A model generated the notes under the pieces. The model was not told the origin of the DNA, made no database searches, and worked only from the letters and a program-made list of their open reading frames with translations. Source: Mollicutes bacterium (GTDB lineage Bacteria; Bacillota_I; Bacilli_A; RF39; UBA660). Taken from it: a DNA stretch of 40,371 nucleotides. The DNA lies in contig JAAYOI010000077.1 of assembly GCA_012520435.1 (NCBI GenBank), positions 1 through 40,371 on the forward strand, in the 5' to 3' direction. A program made the position numbers and the translations under genes. This document shows, one piece after another, positions 9,705-17,711 of the stretch. Every line of letters starts with the position of its first letter. The first letter of the stretch is position 1.

Positions 9705-10562
9705 TTATAGTTCATTATCTTCACTTAATAATTCATTTAAAGTAACAATTTTATATCCTTTTGCTTCAATATAATTGATAATAGAAATTAATTCGCTTTC
9801 AACTACCATATTAATTGGTAAAGAAATAATACTACCATTTTTAATTTGTTTTTTAATTTCAATTAAAGGATATTTTTTTACTATTATTTCTGGTTTAATT
9901 GTATGATTTTTATGTAAAGCGCATATTTTTAAGGCATTAGTATTTTCTCTTTCAGTATAACAATATCCTTTTTTTTGATTACCTATTTTTCTAATAATAG
10001 TATCCATCCAAATAAAATCACTATGATTATAATCCATATTATAACTTAAATTACCAATAACATGTCCTTTCTTAATCAATTCCATTATTTTATCATTATT
10101 ATTTTCTAACCAAACACTATCAATAAAAAAATTACTTTTAACCTTCTTATCTTCTAAAATAGTAAGAATTTGATTAATATTGTCATTATTATTAACAATA
10201 AAAACTATACTAACTAAATTTTTTTTAACATTACCACCAATTACATATTTATCATATATTTTTTCAATACTAATTTTAGGCTTTATTACTTGATATTCCA
10301 ATAATTTAGGATTATAATTACCTATTCTTTTCATATTAAGGTAACTCTTATTTTCATTTATTTCTTTTCCATTTAAACCTGGTCTAATTACATTATTTTC
10401 AATCAAAGCATCTATAGGTTCTTCTTTATATTTAACATTTTGTTTTTTTATTTCCATCATTAAACTATCTGTTTCTTTAACTACCATTGCTGTTTTTTCA
10501 GCATAAATAAAACTTAAACACATTAGAGTAAGCATTCCTATTGCTTGAAAAAATTTTTTCAT
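9705..10562 (-). CDS. YlxY/SwsB-like sporulation polysaccharide-deacetylase-fold protein (degenerate active site)
   Basis: PIDALI....PGLNG.EIN..KSY N-domain, then NodB-like FFID..W and GH.IGN. The TFDDG and His ligands are not conserved. sigmaE-like AAATAT-14-CATATATT upstream (10606-10579). Confidence 0.75.
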   Translation of the reverse strand: MKKFFQAIGMLTLMCLSFIYAEKTAMVVKETDSLMMEIKKQNVKYKEEPIDALIENNVIRPGLNGKEINENKSYLNMKRIGNYNPKLLEYQVIKPKISIEKIYDKYVIGGNVKKNLVSIVFIVNNNDNINQILTILEDKKVKSNFFIDSVWLENNNDKIMELIKKGHVIGNLSYNMDYNHSDFIWMDTIIRKIGNQKKGYCYTERENTNALKICALHKNHTIKPEIIVKKYPLIEIKKQIKNGSIISLPINMVVESELISIINYIEAKGYKIVTLNELLSEDNEL

Positions 10563-10606
10563 GCAATCACCCTAATTAAATATATGAAAGTAATCTTAAT
10601 ATATTT

Positions 10607-11716
10607 CTATTTTAAATCGTAATTTAAATGTTTTAATTCCGGCAAAACAAATAAACCGTCTTTTCTTACCAAAACATCATCAAAAAAGAGTTCACCACCA
10701 CCATATTCTTTTAATTGGATTAATACCATATCCCAATGAATTGAAGAGACATTACCATTATCAGCATTCTTATAAGCACGACCTGGTGTAAAATGAATAC
10801 TACCAATAATTTTTTCATCATATAAAATATCACCCATTGGTTTTGTAATTTTAGGATTTAAACCGATTGCGCATTCTCCAATATATCTACTTCCTTCATC
10901 AATATCAAAAATTTTATTCAATGCTTCATTATCTTCACGGCAACTAGCTTCAATTATTTTACCTTCTTTAAAAGTTAATTTAACATCATTATAAACATTT
11001 CCCATATATGGACATAGTGTATTAAAAGTTATAACACCATTTACACTATTTTTTATAGGGGCTGTATAAATTTCACCATCAGGAAGATTAGATTCTCCAC
11101 AACAAGGTATAATTGGCATATTCTTAATACTAAAAGTTAAATCAGTTCCAGGTCCAACAATATGTACTTTATCTGTTTTCTTCATTAAATCTTCTAATGG
11201 TCTTATTCTCTCATATAAATCTTGATAATCAAGCGTCATAACATCTAAAGCATAATTAATATAACTATCATTTGACATTTTAGCCTTATAGGCATCTAAT
11301 GAGGAAGGATAATTTAATAATACCCATCTTCTTTCATTAATTCGAATATGATCAATATCTTTAGTTGCATCCCTAATTTGTTTTTTTATTTCAGTTGGTA
11401 TATCTTTTTCTTCAAAATCATTTATTGTATAACGAATAATTATAAAACAATCATAATGATCTACTTCAAATTTTTGTCTTTTTTTAATTTCTTCAATTCT
11501 CTCCTTAGATGTTAATAATGTTAATAAAGTTTCTATTTGCATATCAACTAATTTTACAAAAGGAATACCTTTTAAATCAACAATTTTTTTAATTAAACTT
11601 TTAATAAGAGGTGTACATTTAGAATCTTGATAAGTAATTAAAACTTTTTCATTTGATTTTAATTTTAAAGAATAATTAATAATTATATCACTTAACTTAT
11701 TTATTTTTTCGTCCAT
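10607..11716 (-). CDS. Aminopeptidase, M29 (AmpS/aminopeptidase T) family
   Basis: GTDLTF, NLPDGEIYTAP, GECAIG, LYDEKIIG and SSIHWDMV motifs. Confidence 0.93.
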   Translation of the reverse strand: MDEKINKLSDIIINYSLKLKSNEKVLITYQDSKCTPLIKSLIKKIVDLKGIPFVKLVDMQIETLLTLLTSKERIEEIKKRQKFEVDHYDCFIIIRYTINDFEEKDIPTEIKKQIRDATKDIDHIRINERRWVLLNYPSSLDAYKAKMSNDSYINYALDVMTLDYQDLYERIRPLEDLMKKTDKVHIVGPGTDLTFSIKNMPIIPCCGESNLPDGEIYTAPIKNSVNGVITFNTLCPYMGNVYNDVKLTFKEGKIIEASCREDNEALNKIFDIDEGSRYIGECAIGLNPKITKPMGDILYDEKIIGSIHFTPGRAYKNADNGNVSSIHWDMVLIQLKEYGGGELFFDDVLVRKDGLFVLPELKHLNYDLK

Positions 11717-11722
11717 AATCTC

Positions 11723-11772
11723 ACCTTTTCAATAGTCTTTCATAATATATTATGAAAGGAGAATCAATATGT
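11723..11772. promoter_or_regulatory. Mirror-image sigmaK-type promoters centred on a perfect 22-bp palindrome
   Basis: CTTTCATAATATATTATGAAAG (11737-11758). AC-16-CATAATATA occurs on both strands. Confidence 0.65.
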
Positions 11773-11984
11773 ATTCAAGTTATTATAATTATCCAATAAA
11801 TAATTATCCAACTTATTCATCTAGTGATGGTGATAGACTTATTGCTGGTGGATTTGTAGGACCATTTTTATTAGGTGGACTTACAGGCGCTTTACTTTCT
11901 CCAGGTTTCTATCGCCCATACCCAATCTATCCTCCATTCTACCCTCCATTTTATTATCGTCGTTTCCCAAGATTTTATTACTAA
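11769..11984 (+). CDS. Small Tyr/Pro/Gly/Phe-rich spore-coat-like protein
   Basis: GFVGPFLLGGLTGALL core, YPPF repeats, RBS AAGGAG and a sigmaK-type promoter. Confidence 0.75.
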   Translation: MYSSYYNYPINNYPTYSSSDGDRLIAGGFVGPFLLGGLTGALLSPGFYRPYPIYPPFYPPFYYRRFPRFYY

Positions 11985-12038
11985 AAAAATATCAAAATAT
12001 ATCAGCCATTAGGCTGATTTTTTATTAAAAAAAGAAGC

Positions 12039-13592
12039 CTATTTGGCTTCTTCGATTGCTCTTGTTTCGCGAATAACAGTAATTTTAATTGTACCAGGAT
12101 ATTGCATTTGTTCTTCAATACGATTCTTAATATCTTTAGCAATCTTATAACTACATAAATCATCAACTTGTTCAGGTTTAACAATAACACGTAATTCCCT
12201 ACCAGCTTGAATCGCATAAGTTTTTTCAATACCCTCAATATCATTAGCAATATTTTCTAATTCTTGTAAACGTTTAATGTAGTTTTCTAACGAATCTTTT
12301 CTTGCACCTGGACGTGAAGCTGATAAAGCATCAGCAATTGCTACTAAAACAGCAATAACACTCTTTGCTTCATCATCACCATGATGTGATTCAATCGCAT
12401 CAATAACCACATCAGATTCCTTATATTTTTTGGCAATTTCTACACCAAGTTCAACATGACTTCCTTCCACTTCATGATCAATCGCTTTACCAATATCATG
12501 GAATAAACCTGCTCTTTTAGCTAAAACTACATTTTCACCAAGTTCCGCAGCTAAAATACCCGCTAAATGAGCAACTTCAATCGAATGTTGTAAAACATTT
12601 TGACCATAACTTGTCCTAAAATATAATTTTCCTAATAATTCAACCAATTCTGGTTCAACTTTAGTAATTCCTAATTCAAACAAAGCTGCTTCTCCATGTT
12701 CACGTACTTTCACTTGCATTTCATTACAAGTCTTATCATAGATTTCTTCAATACGTGTTGGATGAATACGACCATCTTTAATTAGAGCTTCAATTGCCAC
12801 TCTCGCAATTTCCCTACGATAAGGATCAAAACTTGATAAAACAATTGCTTCAGGAGTATCGTCAATGATCAAATCAACTCCTGTAACGGCTTCAATTGTT
12901 CTAATGTTTCGTCCTTCTCTTCCAATAATTCTTCCTTTCATATCATCATTTGGAAGAGTTACAACCGTGATGGTTTGCTCATTCGCAACATCACCAGCAT
13001 ATCTTTGCATTGCATTAATCAAAATTTCTTTTGCTTTTCTGTCAACTTCTAATTTAGCTTCAGCTTCGCGATCTTTGATGTATGCTGCAATTTCTAAGCT
13101 CATCATTTCTTCAACACGTTTCATTATCATGTCTTTTGATTGTTCTTTAGAAAATCCAGCAATCTTTTCAAGTAGTTCAATTTGTTCTTTTTTTATTTCC
13201 TCCACTTTTACTTGTTCCGCTTGGATATCTTTTTGTTTATTAATTAAAATATTTTCGCGTTCTTCTAGCATCTTTTCACGATTTTGAAGAGTTTGATCCC
13301 TACGATCAATATTATCTTCGCGTGCCAAAAGACGCTCTTCAGCTTCTTTAATTTCATTTTTCTTTTCTTTTATTTCTTTATCAATTTCTTGTTTAAATTT
13401 ATGTGCTTCTTCTTTAGCTTCTAATAAATAATCGCGTTTTATTTTATCTGCTTCTTTTTTAGCTTTTTCTATAATTAATTCAGCCTTTTTTTCGGCTCTA
13501 GAACCTTTAATATAATTAATTATAGACATTAATATTATGCCAACAAAAAGTCCAATTAGGACCAGTAAAATGGAGAAAGCAATATTATCCAT
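12039..13592 (-). CDS. rny: Ribonuclease Y
   Basis: TM helix, coiled coil, KH domain ([13 protein letters not shown]) and HD domain (HDIGKA). Start MDNIAF after GGGAGG; promoter TTGACT-17-TACAAT. Confidence 0.98.
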   Translation of the reverse strand: MDNIAFSILLVLIGLFVGIILMSIINYIKGSRAEKKAELIIEKAKKEADKIKRDYLLEAKEEAHKFKQEIDKEIKEKKNEIKEAEERLLAREDNIDRRDQTLQNREKMLEERENILINKQKDIQAEQVKVEEIKKEQIELLEKIAGFSKEQSKDMIMKRVEEMMSLEIAAYIKDREAEAKLEVDRKAKEILINAMQRYAGDVANEQTITVVTLPNDDMKGRIIGREGRNIRTIEAVTGVDLIIDDTPEAIVLSSFDPYRREIARVAIEALIKDGRIHPTRIEEIYDKTCNEMQVKVREHGEAALFELGITKVEPELVELLGKLYFRTSYGQNVLQHSIEVAHLAGILAAELGENVVLAKRAGLFHDIGKAIDHEVEGSHVELGVEIAKKYKESDVVIDAIESHHGDDEAKSVIAVLVAIADALSASRPGARKDSLENYIKRLQELENIANDIEGIEKTYAIQAGRELRVIVKPEQVDDLCSYKIAKDIKNRIEEQMQYPGTIKITVIRETRAIEEAK

Positions 13593-13711
13593 AATATCCC
13601 TCCCCATTATCATTCTTAGCAAAATATAAAATATTTCACTATATTATTATTGTAATGTTTATGCAATAATAAGTCAAGAAAAAAGTGTAACTAAAAAAAT
13701 TTAATTACACT

Positions 13712-14743
13712 TTATTTATTCTTTGTTTCATTTTCGGCTTTCTTCTTTTTACCGCCAATATTATAGTAATCCCGTACTTTCTTTTCTAATTCTCCTGTTA
13801 ATTTTTGATTATTTTTTAATAATTCCTTAACATTTTCTTTACCTTGTCCAATTTTTTCTCCATTATATGAAAACCATGCTCCACTTTTTTCAATAATACT
13901 TGCTTCAGTCGCCAAATCAACTAATTCGCCATATACTGATATCCCTTCGCCATACATAATATCAACTTGACAAACTTTAAATGGTGGAGCTACTTTATTT
14001 TTAACAACCTTAATAGCGGTTCTATTACCAACTATTTGATCACCAACTTTAATTTGTTCTAAACGTCTTATATCTAAACGAATAGATGAATAAAACTTCA
14101 AAGCTCGACCACCTGGTGTTGTTTCAGGATTACCAAACATTACCCCAACTTTTTCTCTTAATTGATTAATAAAAATTGCGATTGTATTAGTTTTACTAAT
14201 AACTCCTGATAATTTACGCAAAGCTTGACTCATAAGACGGGCTTGTAATGCCATATGGGAATCACCCATTTCACCTTCAATTTCAGCTTGTGGAACTAAA
14301 GCTGCAACCGAATCAATAACAATTACACTAATGGCACTACTACGTACTAATGCTTCACAAATTTCTAATGCTTGTTCCCCATTATCTGGTTGTGATAACA
14401 ATAATTCATTAATATTTACTCCTAATTTAGCAGCATATTGAGGATCTAATGAATGTTCGGCATCAATAAAAGCAGCACGTCCACCTAATTTTTGGGCTTC
14501 CGCAATGGCATGTAAAGCAAAAGTTGTTTTACCACTTGATTCTGGTCCAAAAATTTCAATAATTCTTCCTTTAGGATATCCTCCAACTCCTAAAGCAATA
14601 TCTAATGATAAAGATCCACTTGGAATAACATCAATTTCACGTTGTTCATGTTCACCTAAGCGCATTACTGCACCCTTACCAAATTGTTTTTCAATATCAA
14701 CTAAAACTTGTTCTAATGTTTTATCAGTAGTTGTTTTACTCAT
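13712..14743 (-). CDS. recA: Recombinase RecA
   Basis: [18 protein letters not shown] and [12 protein letters not shown] motifs. Confidence 0.99.
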   Translation of the reverse strand: MSKTTTDKTLEQVLVDIEKQFGKGAVMRLGEHEQREIDVIPSGSLSLDIALGVGGYPKGRIIEIFGPESSGKTTFALHAIAEAQKLGGRAAFIDAEHSLDPQYAAKLGVNINELLLSQPDNGEQALEICEALVRSSAISVIVIDSVAALVPQAEIEGEMGDSHMALQARLMSQALRKLSGVISKTNTIAIFINQLREKVGVMFGNPETTPGGRALKFYSSIRLDIRRLEQIKVGDQIVGNRTAIKVVKNKVAPPFKVCQVDIMYGEGISVYGELVDLATEASIIEKSGAWFSYNGEKIGQGKENVKELLKNNQKLTGELEKKVRDYYNIGGKKKKAENETKNK

Positions 14744-14772
14744 TTCTATATTCCTCCTAACTATCCAACATA

Positions 14773-14823
14773 ATTTTATAATATATTTTTCTGCTTGTCA
14801 ATAGAAAAGCGAACATTTGTTTG
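14773..14823 (-). promoter_or_regulatory. recA sigmaA promoter with upstream LexA (Cheo) box
   Basis: TTGACA(14801-14796)-17-TAAAAT. CGAACATTTGTTTG at 14810-14823 matches the Firmicutes GAAC-N4-GTTY motif. Confidence 0.88.
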
Positions 14824-14921
14824 ATTATTTTTGAAACATTGTCAAGCAATATTTAAAAAAAGTTCTTATTAAATATAAGAACTTATTTATCTTTATTACT
14901 CAAATTATTATATTTATATTT

Positions 14922-15542
14922 TTAATTTATTTCTTGATTATTATTTTGATTATCACCAAAAATAATATCTTTATTCATATTATAATATTGAATGGCTGAA
15001 ACAATTGATAAAATAGCAGCCAAAACAAGTAAAAAATCAGATACTCTAAGATTCCATAATTCAAAAGGTAAATTATAGAATAATGTTAAAATAATTCCTA
15101 CCATTAAACTAGCTGTTTTTATTTTTCCCATTTTAATAGCCGCCACTACTCTTCCTTTATTACCAACAACCATTTTAATAGAATTAACAACATTATCACG
15201 AACAATAATGATAACTGGTATAATTGGATGAATAAAACCAGTAGCTGCTAAAATGATAAGAACAGAATTAACTAAAATTTTATCAGCAATCGCATCGATC
15301 ATTTTCCCAAAATCAGTAATTAAATTATATTTTCTAGCAATATATCCATCTAAAAAATCAGTTAATGAAGCTATAATAAAAAAGATTCCTGCAACAAAAT
15401 ATTTAATATCAACCACAATTGCTTCATTAATAAATAATTTAGGTAATTCTATTCCCAAAGTATCAAATGGTATTAATAAAATAGCTATTATCAAAAAAGT
15501 TAAAAAAATTCTTACCATGGTAATTTTATTAGGTAAATTCAT
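14922..15542 (-). CDS. pgsA: CDP-diacylglycerol--glycerol-3-phosphate 3-phosphatidyltransferase
   Basis: MNLPNKIT and D.LDGYIARK....TDFGK..D..ADK motifs; lies between rodZ and recA. Confidence 0.96.
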   Translation of the reverse strand: MNLPNKITMVRIFLTFLIIAILLIPFDTLGIELPKLFINEAIVVDIKYFVAGIFFIIASLTDFLDGYIARKYNLITDFGKMIDAIADKILVNSVLIILAATGFIHPIIPVIIIVRDNVVNSIKMVVGNKGRVVAAIKMGKIKTASLMVGIILTLFYNLPFELWNLRVSDFLLVLAAILSIVSAIQYYNMNKDIIFGDNQNNNQEIN

Positions 15543-15545
15543 AAA

Positions 15546-16028
15546 TTACCTCCACTCACTAATAATACTACTCAAATCTCTTTCGCCAAAATTATCTTTA
15601 TCGATAATTGAAATAATTAAATAACCAATAACAATTAATAATAAAGCAATAATTACATATATAACAATTGGCGGTATTCTAAATTTTCTTCGATATTCAA
15701 TTGTATATGGTGACATAATACGTTTTTTTTCTTCTTGGTTTTTTACCTTCTTTTTAGCTTTTTGAACATCTTCTAAAGATATTTTAGAAGTATAATCAAA
15801 TAAATATTCATTGAAAGCATCAACCATTTCTTCATAATCTAAACCTAAATATTTTGCATAATCACGAATAAAATATTTAACAAAAAAAACGTCTTTAAAT
15901 TCTTCAAGATTACCGGCTTCAATATTTTCTATTTGTGATGGTCGAAGTTTTAAGTCTTCAGCAACCTCTTCAATTGAGATGCCCATACTTTCTCTTGTTT
16001 CTTTTAATTTCTCACCAATTTCTTTCAT
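15546..16028 (-). CDS. rodZ: RodZ/YmfM-like HTH membrane protein, short form
   Basis: IGEKLKETRE HTH, FIRDYAKYLGL and one TM helix. True start is MKEIG at 16028; the track's extension runs into rnpB. Confidence 0.8.
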   Translation of the reverse strand: MKEIGEKLKETRESMGISIEEVAEDLKLRPSQIENIEAGNLEEFKDVFFVKYFIRDYAKYLGLDYEEMVDAFNEYLFDYTSKISLEDVQKAKKKVKNQEEKKRIMSPYTIEYRRKFRIPPIVIYVIIALLLIVIGYLIISIIDKDNFGERDLSSIISEWR

Positions 16029-16054
16029 TCGGTACCACCTTTCTTCAGTCAAAA

Positions 16055-16427
16055 AAAATAATATTTTATAAGCCATGTTCTGTAACCTATCACTAGGCGA
16101 CAAACATTTGTCTCTGAAAACTAGTTTCAGCTTTCACTCCGTTCTTATTCCTTCGTGAAAGTTCCCCTACCAACATTTGGGTTTCTCGCTCACGGGGTTT
16201 ACCAACGTTTCACTTATCTCATTTCTGAGATAAATCGTCACTGCGGCACTTTTATAGCCAATTAACCATATTCTTATAGAACTTAGGTTAACCAGCAGCC
16301 GTTAGCTTTAAAGCTACCCTAGGTTATTGTTTCCCTAGGCGTGATCACTACAAGCATCACAGCTTGTGCGAGCATGGACTTTCCTCTACATTACAAAGAA
16401 TGCAGCGTTTGTCAAAATATTATTTTT
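16055..16427 (-). ncRNA. rnpB: RNase P RNA (type B)
   Basis: GAGGAAAGTCCATGCT near the 5' end and ACAGAACATGGCTTAT near the 3' end. Ends pair as P1 (AAAAATAATATTTT / AAAATATTATTTTT). Follows gpsB. Confidence 0.95.
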
Positions 16428-16755
16428 CTTCGACCCCATAGATGATTTTTTCCAAATTAGATAATCTTCTTAAAACATCAGCACTATTAATTTCGCCACC
16501 GGAAGTTTCACTAACTACTTCTAATTTAGTCTTCAAGTTGCGAATTTCTTGTTTAAGTTTAATATTATCTTCAATTACTTCTTTTTTATCATTCTCTAAT
16601 TCTTTTATAATTGAAAAGAATTCTTCGTAATCACGAATAATTACATCTAAAAATTTATCTACTTCTTGTGGTCGATATCCCCTAGTATCAATTTTAAATT
16701 CTTTTTCTAAAATATCTTTAGTTGTAAGCAATATTCGATCTTGATACACCGCCAA
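16420..16755 (-). CDS. gpsB: Cell division regulator GpsB (DivIVA domain)
   Basis: ILEKEFK...RGY...EVDKFLD.II.DY and C-terminal DVLRRLSNLEK. TTG start after GAGGTGA. Confidence 0.95.
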   Translation of the reverse strand: MAVYQDRILLTTKDILEKEFKIDTRGYRPQEVDKFLDVIIRDYEEFFSIIKELENDKKEVIEDNIKLKQEIRNLKTKLEVVSETSGGEINSADVLRRLSNLEKIIYGVEEK

Positions 16756-16834
16756 TCACCTCTCACTTCTTTATGATTATATTATCGCAAAAAAAAGACC
16801 TTTTGTCAATCGACTTTTAGTGACAAAAGTTAGT

Positions 16835-16948
16835 CTATTTTAACCTCTTATTTATCTTTTTGGTTTTTAAAAAACTTACTAATTTAATATATTTTAAATC
16901 AGACAACATCTCATCAAACAATTTTTCTATATGATATTGTCTTTCCAA
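16835..16948 (-). CDS. Unannotated 37-aa small protein
   Basis: GAGGTGA RBS, TTG start, MERQYHIEKLFDEMLSDLKYIKLVSFLKTKKINKRLK*. Followed by a hairpin plus T8. Confidence 0.6.
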   Translation of the reverse strand: MERQYHIEKLFDEMLSDLKYIKLVSFLKTKKINKRLK

Positions 16949-16998
16949 TTAATCACCTCAATATTACTCTAACACATTTTTAAAATAAATACCTTACT

Positions 16999-17005
16999 TT
17001 CGACA
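16999..17005 (-). promoter_or_regulatory. Perfect Spo0A box TGTCGAA
   Basis: Exact TGNCGAA match in the divergent region between the small ORF and recU. Confidence 0.5.
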
Positions 17006-17114
17006 AAGGTAGAAAATAATAGTTAAGATTGGGCATTTTATGACAAAAACAACAATTATCTATTTTTTATAGAAAAATGACATATTTTATAGTATAATTA
17101 TGTTTGGTGATAGA

Positions 17115-17711
17115 ATGAATTATCCAAATGGTATAAAAAAACATGATGAAAAAGAAACAAATTATGGTAATCGAGGCATGATTTTGGAAAATGATATCAA
17201 TGAAACCAATAAATTTTATCTTGCCAATAATATTGCCATTATTCATAAAAAACCAATACCTATCACTATTACTAAAGTGCATTATCCATCACGTTTTGAA
17301 GCAGTCATCAAAGAAGCTTATTTTAAAACTCCATCAACAACTGATTATAACGGTATTTATCGTGAGAGATATATTGATTTTGAAGCTAAAGAAACTAAAA
17401 ATAAAAAATATTTTCCTATCAGTAATATTCACAAACACCAAATTGAACACTTGAAATTAATTATTGAACATGGTGGTATTGGCTTTATTATTGTTCGTTT
17501 TGTTTCATTAGATTTAACTTTTTATTTAGATGGTAAAGATTTAATAGAATTTATTAATACCAATAAAAGGAAATCAATACCACTTGCATTTTTTAAACAA
17601 AAGGGATATATTATTAAAACCAGATTTAATCCTCGCATTGATTATTTAAGTATTGTCGATAAAATTTATTTTGGAGGCGAGCATTATGAAAAAAGCAATA
17701 AAAAAGATTAA
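17115..17711 (+). CDS. recU: Holliday junction resolvase RecU
   Basis: MNYPNG, NRGM.LE, HKKP.P, STTDYNG and DFEAKET motifs. Confidence 0.97.
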   Translation: MNYPNGIKKHDEKETNYGNRGMILENDINETNKFYLANNIAIIHKKPIPITITKVHYPSRFEAVIKEAYFKTPSTTDYNGIYRERYIDFEAKETKNKKYFPISNIHKHQIEHLKLIIEHGGIGFIIVRFVSLDLTFYLDGKDLIEFINTNKRKSIPLAFFKQKGYIIKTRFNPRIDYLSIVDKIYFGGEHYEKSNKKD

